A stretch of 63,890 nt of DNA, counting the filler, from Octopus bimaculoides (lineage: Eukaryota): the NCBI RefSeq assembly GCF_001194135.2. It is 6 parts of 6 records of this genome, joined end to end, with 100 filler letters (N's around TTAATTAATTAA, not from the genome) between each part and the next. Parts side by side here need not be neighbours in the genome. Positions count along the whole stretch, not along the records: positions 50,085 to 54,744 come from NC_068990.1; positions 54,845 to 58,796 come from NW_026372732.1; positions 58,897 to 62,514 come from NC_069005.1; positions 62,615 to 63,890 come from NW_026434776.1; 2 more parts are not named here. One strand, written 5' to 3'. A program made the translations under genes and the position numbers. Shown here one piece after another: positions 51,844 through 63,890 of the stretch (the stretch's first letter is position 1; every line of letters starts with the position of its first letter). A model generated the notes under the pieces. The model did not search any database, was not told the origin of the DNA, and saw nothing but the letters and a program-made list of their open reading frames with translations.

Positions 51844-52750
51844 TCATTTAAACGCTGTGAACACGTGTTGCTGCCAATGTTTACATCTGTAAGAGTTTTC
51901 GATGAACGTGTTCACCAGTTTATTCTTTGAAAATAAGATAAAAAATAGTTCAGTATTACATAAAGGACAAAATCTTCTACCCTTGTCATATGGTCTAAAA
52001 ATGGAAAGAATTAGCCAGTCTAATTTAAATTTTATGTTATTGTCTTTAAGTTCCCAAACTAATTTACTAAGGCTCGTGGTATTTCGTTTGTTTCTATCTC
52101 TAAAGGACGAATAATGATTGGAAATTCTGGAGGATATTGGCAAAGATGATCCAATATAAAAGGACACATTTGTAGGAGTGCTGACCTGGCATTGATATAT
52201 AGTGTTTTTGAGTTTGGCATTATCACTTAAAAATCTAATTCTTTTGCTATTAACTTCCGAAATAATGATTTTGTTGTTGTAATTATTATTATTACATATC
52301 ATATTATAATTATTGTTCCTTGGTTTAATATTAGTATTATTATTGTTATAATGGTAAAGGTTTGTAGTGCCTGACTTAATGTTATTGCTGTCGGTACTCT
52401 CTTGTGAATATAAAAGTCTCATATTATTTGTGAGATGTTTTTAGTGCTACAGAAACCGAATCTAACCCTGTGCGTGTTAATGACTGAGAAATAATGAGAA
52501 TGTTTTGGAAAATTTTTATTAACAGCATTTCGGAACTGGGAAACCAAATTTGATTTAATATTTTTAACAAAAAGTATTATCAGCTAAATATTTTTATCAG
52601 ATTCTGGTTTAGAATGTGTGCTATTATTATTTCTAAATAGTTTCAATTTATCATTGTTATTATTGAAAAAGGGTCTAAACTAACGGTTACTTTCCCTATA
52701 AAGTAAAGAAATGTTTGATTGTTTGTTATCGTCAATAGTTTTATGATGAG
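51844..52750 (-). mobile_element. Penelope-like element (Neptune-type): linker plus GIY-YIG endonuclease
   Basis: NLVSQFRNAVNKNFPKH...VRFGFCSTKNISQII upstream of ORF 51844-52422 (IYQC....SFYIGSS..ISSRISNHYSSF...TSLSKLVWELK..W.IL...Y.....CPLCNTE...C.H). Confidence 0.88.
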
Positions 52751-52852
52751 AANNNNNNNNNNNNNNNNNNNNNNNNNNNNNNNNNNNNNNNNNNNNNNNN
52801 NNNNNNNNNNNNNNNNNNNNNNNNNNNNNNNNNNNNNNNNNNNNNNNNNNNN

Positions 52853-52883
<31 letters not shown>

Positions 52884-54703
52884 GCGTGTGCGTGTGCGTG
52901 TAAACGGTGTGAAGGAGAGAGAGTAACAGCGTACATTTTTTTATTCATTTTTCCTCGATTCTTCTTTGAGTGTGTGAGTTATTGACTGAGAGAGATCTCT
53001 CAGAGAGAGAGGTGTGTTGTCGGAAAGAGAGCGATGGAGATATGACATACAGCAGCATCCATCTCTCTCTCACATATACATACAACACACACTTACTGTC
53101 TCGAACCCACCCACCCACCATCAACATATACACACGTCCCTGTCAAATTTCTCTCTGTTTCACTTTTTCGTGAGATCAAAGGAAATGTACATTTCCACGC
53201 ACAAAAAGAAATAAATTAAAACAATGAACAAAAGAAAAGGAAGACGGAGGAAGAAAATCGCCAATGATTTACATGTGGTAGCGTTCCAAAAAAGCGATTT
53301 CTAATAAAGATTCTTCATGTTTTGCTGGTAGTTTACTGGCATAAGTTTGCGAATATGAAAATAATACTTGTATATGGTGTGTTATGAGAATTTATGGATA
53401 GGTATCCCATAGAACTCAACAACTTCATCAAAATGGAGAAGAGAAGATGTTAAATTTTGAAAGAATTTTAATACATGCATACGATCGTTTCAAACAGCGA
53501 TCTTAACTAAATTAATTTGATTAAATTAAATTAATTACATACCACTATTCTTCTCAGTGCAAGAAGTATAAACGAAAAATTATTATTACGGAGGACTTGA
53601 AGAAAATAGCAGAGAACAAATTCGGATATACATATTTATCCTTATGAAAATTGAGAGCATTATAATAAAGAATGTGAGTCTAATTTTATATAAACTAAAA
53701 CTGAGGCAACTAACGGTTATTTGAAAATATGAGTGAAAAAAGTTTTAAGAGATGTTCCCTTTATAGAAGAGTAAGTAGATAAGTAATTCAAACTCCAAAT
53801 AAGTCATTTATTAGATGACGTTTTATAGAAATGTCCAATGGAAAAGCATAGTTATGTTTGAATTAGAATATAACTTGACAGTTATAAGCAATATTAGGTA
53901 CGATGTGTATTAAAAAATTATGCGTGAAAATGAAATTAAACTAGTGAATGTAGTATGTAAAAGGCCGCTAGAATGCAACGTGAACAAGAGTTTGGGCTAG
54001 AAATGCTTAAAGAGCTACATATAATTGAGTTGTGTTAGCGTAAGAACTAATATTCGTGTGTATATGTATTAAATATAAGGTAAAAAAAAAGTAATAAATG
54101 GAAATTAGTGGTTAATATTACAGAATTGGCTATAAATATTAAAACAACGTTCAGAGGTTTAATAGATATAGTAAAACTTAAATTAATAATGTAGCTAGGA
54201 AAATGATAGGAAAATTAATAATGTAGCTAGGAAAATGATAGGAAAATTTAAAATTATAATTATTGATAATTAGTAGGTTGACTATGTTTATTTACTTTTT
54301 AAAATGTGAGTTAAGAAGCTAGCTTGGCATAAAGTGAAAGGTAAGAGTATAGTAATATTATGTAAGTAATAAGCTTTTAAGTAATAAGTGTTTATTGTGC
54401 CTTTTGAATATAAGGAAAACAATTATTTATGGAGTAGTGGGTGCACATAAGTATAGTGAATGTACAAAATAATTCATATATAATGTAATATAAAAAATCT
54501 TATAAGGGAAAAGAATATTTTAGCGTATACTAATTACGTTAGTAGAGAACATATCTACGGAATAGTATACATTGATGTAGGTATTCTAGCTGTTTTCCAA
54601 GTATAAAAAAAATAAGTATACTCATACTGGTGCAAAGAGATAAAAAAGCCAAATGGATATAGATATAATTATAATTACCCACACATTAAAAATGTTATTA
54701 TAT

Positions 54704-54744
<41 letters not shown>

Positions 54745-55929
54745 NNNNNNNNNNNNNNNNNNNNNNNNNNNNNNNNNNNNNNNNNNNNTTAATTAATTAA
54801 NNNNNNNNNNNNNNNNNNNNNNNNNNNNNNNNNNNNNNNNNNNNTATATATATAGTGAAAGAGAGAGACACACACACATAAATGTGATGAAAAATCAAAA
54901 CAGGGAACTATAAAAGAGGCAAATAATATGCAAGTAATAAATTTATTGAAATAAACATTATTAAAGAAAAGGATTCCACTATTAAGATAAAAATGTAATA
55001 AATACGGCAACAAAGACATAAAATAAAAACAATATAAAAAAAGATGACACGTGAAAAAAGAAAATGGAACATAATGAAATAACGGAAGAAAATAAAAATA
55101 TAACAGAACACAAAAATATGAAATAAAAAATCCGTGACAGCGGAAACAAATAAATATGAAGAAAATAGACAAAATCTAAGAGTTTGGCAATTCTGACATC
55201 ATCTTTCTTTTACCCAGTAGAAAGTAACAATTTCTCTGGTATCACATTCACACTAAGCGATTACGTGAATAGAAAGTTACTTTTTGTTCTCTTTTTGGCG
55301 TTATATTTATTATTCTTTCATTGAATGAACGAATAAGAAATCGCCATTTTGTTTATTGTTTTCGCTCGCTGGTTAATTTTGTTTTAAATTTCTTTTTCTA
55401 GAAGATGCATGTTTTTTTTATCAGCATTTTTAATTTTATTCTTTATGTTACTAGTTTTAGTCAGTTCTTTTTCTTTTTCTTTTTCTTTTTTGTTTTTTTG
55501 TAATGTTTAGCTTCTATTTTGTAATATTTAGAATATTTATATATTTTATTTTATCTTTCATTTTTTTCTGATTTAAAAATAATTTTTGTGCTATATCTTG
55601 TTTCTTTATTTTTATTGATATCATTTGCATTTTTCTTACAATTAATGTTTTCATATTTTTATTTTTCTATTTGTTTTTTACAGTTCTGATTGTCCCAATT
55701 TTTTAAAAATGATCATAATATATTTTGTATTTTTTTTCCAAAATTTCTTAATATTTTCTTTTTGTATTAATATTATTAGGTTCATTTTGTTATTTTTGTT
55801 GTATTATTTTATAACATTTATTTTATAGCATTTTATTTTATATTTCTTTGTTATATATTCAACTTTGTTTTGGGCAGGTATTTCATTTCAGCCACAACGT
55901 GTCACATTTTTTAATACTTTAATACTTCG

Positions 55930-55944
55930 ATGATGATGATGATG

Positions 55945-56004
<60 letters not shown>

Positions 56005-56152
56005 TAGATAATAATAAATAATAATAACATTAACAATAATAAAATTAATAACAATAACAAGAACAACAATAATAGTAACAGTAGCAACAAAAATGATAAT
56101 AACGACAACTATTATTATTATTAATATTATTATTATTTATTATTATCTATTG

Positions 56153-56187
<35 letters not shown>

Positions 56188-56272
56188 GTTCTTAATAAAG
56201 TTATCGTTGTTATTGTTGTTGTTGTTCTTCTTATTATTGCTGTTGTTACTATGATTATTATTATCATCGTTA

Positions 56273-56344
<72 letters not shown>

Positions 56345-56875
56345 TTGTTATTATTATCACTGGTTTGGCTCTCCCTCCAATACAAATTAAGTATTGAAAG
56401 AAATACGGAGGCAGCAAAAGCAACAGCAACAATGACAACAGAAATGATAACAATAAGAACAACAATAACAACAACAACAATAAGAACAACAGCAACAACA
56501 ACAATAATAATGAATAAAAGCATAGTAATGATATTTAGAAAGAAGAAGATTACGATGACAGCAATGATAATGAGGACGATAATGGGTGATGACGATGATG
56601 ACGAATATGTGATGATGCTAGTGATGACTGTGATTATGATTATGATGATGATGATGATGATGATTAAAGTTGTGGTATGACAATAATCGGTATGAGGATA
56701 ATATTAATGCGAGTGACTAAGGGAATGATTAATGTTGATGATGATTATTATTATTAATATGATGATGATGATGATGATGATGATGACAGTAAACAAACAA
56801 CAACAACAACAGCAAAATAATAATAATAATAATAATTATTATAATAATAATAATAATAAAAATAATAATAATGAC

Positions 56876-56931
<56 letters not shown>

Positions 56932-57099
56932 TAATAATAATAATGTTGATGATGATGATAATGAGAAGCGGTAACAACAGCATAGAAACCAGCAGCGATT
57001 GTAGGAAGGTGGAAGCAAACTGTACGAGAATGATAAACTTTTGAATAGAAAATATTACTCTGGAACGGAATGTAATAATGATACTTGAAACAATGATGA

Positions 57100-57133
<34 letters not shown>

Positions 57134-57156
57134 GGTGGTGGTGGTGGTGGTGATGA

Positions 57157-57190
<34 letters not shown>

Positions 57191-57195
57191 GGTGG

Positions 57196-57227
<32 letters not shown>

Positions 57228-57674
57228 GTGGTGGTGAANNNNNNNNNNNNNNNNNNNNNNNNNNNNNNNNNNNNNNNNNNNNNNNNNNNNNNNNNNNNNN
57301 NNNNNNNNNNNNNNNNNNNNNNNNNNNNNNNNNNNNNNNNNNNNNNNNNNNNNNNNNNNNNNNNNNNNNNNNNNNNNNNNNNNNNNNNNNNNNNNNNNNN
57401 NNNNNNNNNNNNNNNNNNNNNNNNNNNNNNNNNNNNNNNNNNNNNNNNNNNNNNNNNNNNNNNNNNNNNNNNNNNNNNNNNNNNNNNNNNNNNNNNNNNN
57501 NNNNNNNNNNNNNNNNNNNNNNNNNNNNNNNNNNNNNNNNNNNNNNNNNNNNNNNNNNNNNNNNNNNNNNNNNNNNNNNNNNNNNNNNNNNNNNNNNNNN
57601 NNNNNNNNNNNNNNNNNNNNNNNNNNNNNNNNNNNNNNNNNNNNNNNNNNNNNNNNNNNNNNNNNNNNTGATGA

Positions 57675-57708
<34 letters not shown>

Positions 57709-57719
57709 GGTGGTGGTGG

Positions 57720-57786
<67 letters not shown>

Positions 57787-57791
57787 GGTGG

Positions 57792-57823
<32 letters not shown>

Positions 57824-57896
57824 GTGGTGGTGAAAATAACAATAACAATAATAATAATAATGATAATATCATGAATAATAATAATAATAATAATAG

Positions 57897-57937
<41 letters not shown>

Positions 57938-58039
57938 TTAATAATAATAATAATGGTAATAATAATAGTAAAAATAATGATGATGATGATGATGATGATG
58001 ACGACGACGACGACGACGACGATGATGATGATGATAGAA

Positions 58040-58088
<49 letters not shown>

Positions 58089-58155
58089 TAAATAATAATA
58101 ATATAAATGATAATAATATAAATGATAATAATATAAATAATAATGATGATGATGT

Positions 58156-58201
<46 letters not shown>

Positions 58202-58591
58202 AACGGCAGCAGCAATAATAGTATTGATGGTGATAGTGATTATGATGATGCTGATGATAAGAAAAGTGGCTGCTGCGATAACAATGAAAACAACAACTGG
58301 CACAACAACAACAACAACAACAACAAGAATGTAGAAAATAACAAAATTAATAAGTAAATGAATCATGATATAGTCACCGTGTCATCACCATCGTCGCCGT
58401 CATCATCATCATCATCCTCATCTTCCTCGTCATTGTCTTCGTCGTCATCATCATCGTCATCATCATCATCATCACCATCACCACCATCAACATCATCGTC
58501 GCTATCATCACCAACGCCAGTCGCCTTCGTCGCCATCGACAACATTGCCACGGCCTTTTGCGCCATTCCTTCATTATCCTTACCGTTATTA

Positions 58592-58689
<98 letters not shown>

Positions 58690-58754
58690 CATCATCATCA
58701 CTCAACATCAAAATCCTCATTCAGGTGCTACTACTACAACAACTACCACAACAG

Positions 58755-58796
<42 letters not shown>
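55930..58796. repeat. Mosaic trinucleotide microsatellite field (AAT, GAT, GGT, AAC, ACT)
   Basis: Direct reading. Source of the homopolymer ORFs in the ORF track. Confidence 0.95.
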
Positions 58797-58896
58797 NNNN
58801 NNNNNNNNNNNNNNNNNNNNNNNNNNNNNNNNNNNNNNNNTTAATTAATTAANNNNNNNNNNNNNNNNNNNNNNNNNNNNNNNNNNNNNNNNNNNN

Positions 58897-58934
<38 letters not shown>

Positions 58935-58936
<2 letters not shown>

Positions 58937-59500
58937 GCGACGGGCTTCTTTCAGTTTCTGTCTACCAAATCCACTAACAAGGCTTTGATCGGCCCGAGGC
59001 TATAGTAGGAGACACTTGCCCAAGGTCCCACGCAGTGGGACTGAACCCAGAACCATGTGGTTCGTAAGCAAGCTACTTACCACACAGCAGTGATCAATTT
59101 ACTGCATGTAAACTTTACAGTTTTTTCATGGCGCCTGAAAAACTACCCCCTCAGTGGACCCCCTCCGTTTACTATATTGCACCCATGGACCTCCAAAAAC
59201 TTTTATATGGATCCCTAGGGTCCATGTGGACACCGGTCTAGATGGTGCTTTGTTTTACCGAACGAAGACGTAAACAAACCAAGACTAGTTGTTAAGCAGT
59301 GGTGAAGACAAACAACACACAACCCGGAACCATGTGGTTGAGAAGCAAACTTCTTTCCGCAGCCACGCTACACGACGGGTTTCTTTCAGATTCTGTCTCT
59401 CAGACCCATTCACAAGGCTTTGTTAGTCTCCGGGTCTATAGTAGACCCCCAAAAGCACATACTGGAGAAGCGAGCTTCTTACTCAGACAACCACGCCTGC
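58935..59500 (-). mobile_element. Two partial or rearranged OK-like SINE heads (58935-59048, 59305-59500)
   Basis: gtttctgtctaccaaatccac...cacgcagtgggactgaacccagaaccatgtgg, and a second permuted copy. Confidence 0.75.
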
Positions 59501-60376
59501 GTTTTATTGTAATGCTCTGTTTACGCTGCTAATGACCCCAAGGGGCTATAAGAGGAGCAGGCAGAGGAAGGGAACAAGTACATAGGTCCGGAGCCCCACC
59601 ACTACCACCAGAGCAGAGAAAGCGATAGGTACCGTGTGGGGAGAAAAGAAAGAAAAGATTTGAGTGTTCTTCAGCAGTCTCAGTACCAAGCAGTGTTTAG
59701 GTATGAAGCGAACTTGAGGTTAGTTAGAATGCTTGTGACATATTTCAAGTGACCTAAAGTTCGTTTAGTGTTCTTGTAGCTCATAGAACAAACACCAAAC
59801 CACCACCGCCATCACTACCACCCTGCGGTTCTTCGTGGAAAGCGCATTAGTTTACCATACCTCCACCCGCACTGTACCTTGTACGATGTTTCCGCCCATA
59901 CACACCTCCTCCACCATTATCAGAATCGTTATTTAACCCTCAACGTGCCACACTGCTTTCTAGGAACTCTACTGGAAAGAATTTCTGCTAATCGTAACAA
60001 GTCTCATTACCTCGCTACCCACCACCCCTACGAAAGAAACGCTGTTTTCCCACCTTCATTTACATCAGCACAATTAACCTTATTTCATCCCCGCCACCGC
60101 CAAAAACAGACTCCTTCACAGCATCATTCTACGCTAACCCTACCACATATGTGTGCGCATGGAGTATGGATTTACCGCCGTCGTTATCCCCCACCACCGC
60201 CATAAAGCCTCCATTACAGCATAACTATACACTAAGTTACTTCTACTACTACTACTACCACTATCACTACTACGAGCGTGACTACTATGGCTACGACTAC
60301 TAGTACTACTACTACTGCTGCTGCTGCTACTACGAAAACGAGAAGTGTTATCGTTTTCCACTGCAAAACAACAGAA

Positions 60377-60790
60377 GGCCACCATCTTGCAGCACTCAGT
60401 TGTTCCGCAAATTTGACCACGTGGTCTCTTGTTGATAAGACGAGTGATTGAGAGAAGAGTTGCAACGTCACCACTTTTTTAACCAATCAGAAGGCTTTCT
60501 CGCGTTCAGCGAGTGGGAAATTCCAGTTGTGTACGCTTGTGCATGTGTGTGTGTGTGTGTGTGTGCGCGCTTTAAGATAATGTGTGTGCACCTTTGTCGT
60601 CGTCGTCGTCGTCGTAGTAGTAGTAGTAGTGTCGGCGGCAGTTCGCTGAGGAAGAGGTGTCGGGGGTCGGAGTATTGATTGTAGTTGTTGATGTTGTAGT
60701 ACTTGTGATAGTGGTGGTGGTGGTGGTGGTCGTCGTCGTCGTCTTCCTCGTATAAGCGACGATCAAAGTCGGTGAGATTACGAAGTATGT
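60377..60790. promoter_or_regulatory. Candidate promoter and first exon region
   Basis: CpG-rich. YY1-like CAAGATGG on the minus strand (60377-60389), palindromic E-box gacCACGTGgtc (60415-60426), TGATAAG, ACGTCA (60465), CCAATCAG (60483), GGGAAATTCC (60515-60524), and a donor-like gaa/GTATGT at 60785. Confidence 0.35.
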
Positions 60791-60943
60791 GAATAATGTG
60801 TGTATGTGTATGTGTGTGTGTGTGTATTTTTGTGTACGTAACTCTCTCTCTATATATATGTGTGTGTGTGTATGAGTACATGTACAGAAAGAAAACGAAT
60901 GAAAAAAAAACAGCGTAAATATATAAACACAAGTGTATTCATA

Positions 60944-60977
<34 letters not shown>

Positions 60978-61529
60978 GATATATATAGACAGAGAGACAT
61001 GCACGTATGTTAGTGTATGTGTCTATTCTACGTATTACTTATTTATATCTTTGCTTTTATTTTATATATGTACGAAGACAAGTTATATTACACGCTGGAC
61101 TACAGATGTTGATATTCCNNNNNNNNNNNNNNNNNNNNNNNNNNNNNNNNNNNNNNNNNNNNNNNNNNNNNNNNNNNNNNNNNNNNNNNNNNNNNNNNNN
61201 NNNNNNNNNNNNNNNNNNNNNNNNNNNNNNNNNNNNNNNNNNNNNNNNNNNNNNNNNNNNNNNNNNNNNNNNNNNNNNNNNNNNNNNNNNNNNNNNNNNN
61301 NNNNNNNNNNNNNNNNNNNNNNNNNNNNNNNNNNNNNNNNNNNNNNNNNNNNNNNNNNNNNNNNNNNNNNNNNNNNNNNNNNNNNNNNNNNNNNNNNNNN
61401 NNNNNNNNNNNNNNNNNNNNNNNNNNNNNNNNNNNNNNNNNNNNNNNNNNNNNNNNNNNNNNNNNNNNNNNNNNNNNNNNNNNNNNNATATATATATATA
61501 TATATAAATGTCGGTCTGTCTGTACCTAC

Positions 61530-61570
61530 CTAACCCTAACAAAAACCCCTAACCCTAACTCTAACCCTAA
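61530..61570 (+). repeat. Short degenerate (CCCTAA)n telomere-like tract
   Basis: taaccctaac aaaaacccct aaccctaact ctaaccctaa. Confidence 0.7.
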
Positions 61571-61589
61571 ACACCGGGTGTACATGTAT

Positions 61590-61907
61590 ATTTTACTCTT
61601 TTACACGTTTCAGTTATTTGATTGCGGCCATGCTGGAACACCGCAGGAATCGATCCCAGGACTTATTCTTTGTAAGCCTAGTTTCGGGGACATAAGCGCA
61701 TCAACATCGGTTGTCAAGCGATGGTGGGGAGGGGGACAAAGACAGACACACATACACACACACACAAATTTATATACATATACACGAGGGGCTTCCTTCA
61801 GTTTCCCTTCCCGTGGCAATTGTAGAAGACACTTGCCCAAGATATCACACATTGGGACTGAACCCAGAACCATGTAGTTGGGAAAGCAAGCTTCTTACTA
61901 CACAGCC
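61590..61907 (-). mobile_element. OK-like SINE with internal deletions
   Basis: Collinear with 38063-38463. Confidence 0.85.
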
Positions 61908-61952
<45 letters not shown>

Positions 61953-62354
61953 TGCAGGTGTGTAAGTACATAAAGTGAATAAATGGAAAAGGCCTTTAAA
62001 AAATTAAATTACTAAATAAAGAAAGAAAATAAAGGCCATACACTCCTTAAATACTGCATCGTTCTGGACCACTTGTTAACATTAATCCTGTCAACAATCG
62101 CATTTTTTTTCTCTGTCCCTCCCTTTTTAGGCCAACCACGAATCCTTCCCTTAAGCACACTCACAAAATTTGTCCTCGTATCTTTTGTTAACCCATTGTA
62201 TTGGATCTTTTTTAATGAGTCTAAATCGTTTGAGGAATTTCGGTGGTTGGAGTTCAGAAGTATGTGTTGATGGGAGATAAGCGAAGTAGATTAACATAGA
62301 TTGGCAATATTTTCTTTTCTATGGTCAGTTAAGTTGTGTTAGCGTTTAGCGTTG

Positions 62355-62386
<32 letters not shown>

Positions 62387-62639
62387 GCTTGAGTGGTCCG
62401 TGGTGTCCCGAAATAATTAAAAGACTTTTCCAGGTGGTGCTATTGAGTTAGTCATGGCCTGGGCCCGATAATGGCTGAAACCAATCTAAATTATATATAT
62501 ATATATATATATATNNNNNNNNNNNNNNNNNNNNNNNNNNNNNNNNNNNNNNNNNNNNTTAATTAATTAANNNNNNNNNNNNNNNNNNNNNNNNNNNNNN
62601 NNNNNNNNNNNNNNCAAACATAAAATAATAATAACAACA

Positions 62640-62934
62640 GTGATAATAATAATTTTCTTCTATAGGCACAAGGTCTGAAATTTGGTGGGATTGGTAAGTC
62701 AATTACATCAACTCCAGAACTCAACTGGTACTTATTTTATCGACCCTGAAAGAATGAAAGGGTAAGTTGGCCTAGGTAGAATTTGAACACAGAACATAAA
62801 GACAGATGAAATGCTACTAAGCATTTTGCCCGTTGTACTAATGATTCCAACAGCATACCACTTTAACAACAACCACAACAACAAAAATAATAATAATAAT
62901 AATGATAATAATAATGAGGATGGTGATGATGATG

Positions 62935-62981
<47 letters not shown>

Positions 62982-63190
62982 GTCTTCTAAAGGCACTAGG
63001 CCTGAAATTTGGGAGAGGGCAAAAGTCAATTACATCAACCCCAGTACGTAACTAGTACTTATTTCATTGACTCCCATAAGGACAAAAGGCAAAGTGACCT
63101 CAGTGGAATTTGAACTCAGAATGTAAGGAATGAAGAAATACCACTAAGCATTTTGCCCGGTGTGTTAACAATTCTGCCAGTTTGCCACCT
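62640..63190 (-). mobile_element. Two tandem copies of the second tRNA-SINE family separated by (AAT)n
   Basis: 62640-62855 and 62975-63190 share aggc..aaggtctgaaattt..aagtcaattacatcaac..tacttattt..gaatttgaac.cagaa..ctaagcattttgccc. Confidence 0.8.
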
Positions 63191-63678
63191 TAACAATAAT
63201 AACAACAACAATAACAATAACAACAAAACAACCACAGCAAAAACAACAATAATAATAATGATGATTATGATAATGATGATGATGATGATTAATATATCAA
63301 TACTATAATGACACTAAAGATATCTCAGCAGTAATACGAGAATTATTACTTAAGTACTTGCTGCCAATTATTACTTGTAAGCAATCTTAGACATCTAGGA
63401 TCATATTTTGGTTAGTCTTTCTGAGTTCTATATTTATTTTACTTCTTTTTTTTTTATATTTGTTCATTTTATTGCAATTAAAGACAGAACACTTTCACTC
63501 CCTTCTCCTTTTCTTTCTTATCCTTTTTTTTTTTTTTGCTTTTTTTTTTTGTCACACCACCCTTCGTAAATGGATTTTGAAATCTCTTGACGAAATAAAT
63601 TAAGCAAGTACTTGAGAATTGATAAGTTTATTTGCAAGTAAGTATAATGTATGCTTTGTGTATGTGTGTATATATATG

Positions 63679-63714
<36 letters not shown>

Positions 63715-63890
63715 TATATGTGAGTGTGTGTGAGTGTATACAATGAAATTCTTTTTCAATATATGTGTGTGTGTGCATGCATGTTTGTGTGTGTGTGTAT
63801 ACAAATGAAATTCTTTTTTAGCTTATATATAAGTATATATATTACATGTGATCTTCTAGCACATTAACAGTCCACCTAGTGGTCTCCTTT

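Noticed and set aside
55911-58852. Long ORFs (up to 394 aa) with poly-His, Ser, Ile or Asn
   Set aside because: Translations of microsatellites and N gaps.
61530-61570. Telomere-like repeats as evidence of a chromosome fusion
   Set aside because: Only about five degenerate units beside a SINE and a gap.

Overview
AT-rich, microsatellite-saturated animal genomic DNA. The SINE families and repeat landscape suggest an octopod cephalopod (inference). It is a draft assembly with many N gaps and five artificial 100-bp spacers (44 N + TTAATTAATTAA + 44 N) joining six blocks. The only host gene I can support is four small + strand coding exons (35279-35372, 47792-47850, 48659-48709, 49168-49226). 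They splice in frame with GT-AG introns and encode the end of GAF-A and the linker of a PDE10A-like cyclic nucleotide phosphodiesterase; the rest of the gene is not visible. Everything else is decayed mobile DNA: RTE LINEs, restriction-like-endonuclease LINE fragments, Penelope-like GIY-YIG elements, mariner and Tc1-like transposases, a piggyBac-like MITE, an LTR integrase fragment and tRNA-derived SINEs. Main observations: (1) minimal type I hammerhead ribozyme folds, one intact at 50161-50250 and two inside an inverted tRNA-head + (AAT)n + hammerhead-tail element at 9385-9930; (2) Ser instead of the expected Gly at a PDE10 exon junction, where one A-to-I edit would restore Gly; (3) four fold-back structures in the 12.4 kb PDE10 intron; (4) CpG decay confined to the PDE10-bearing block. 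All protein and family calls come from motif recognition by eye, not database searches.
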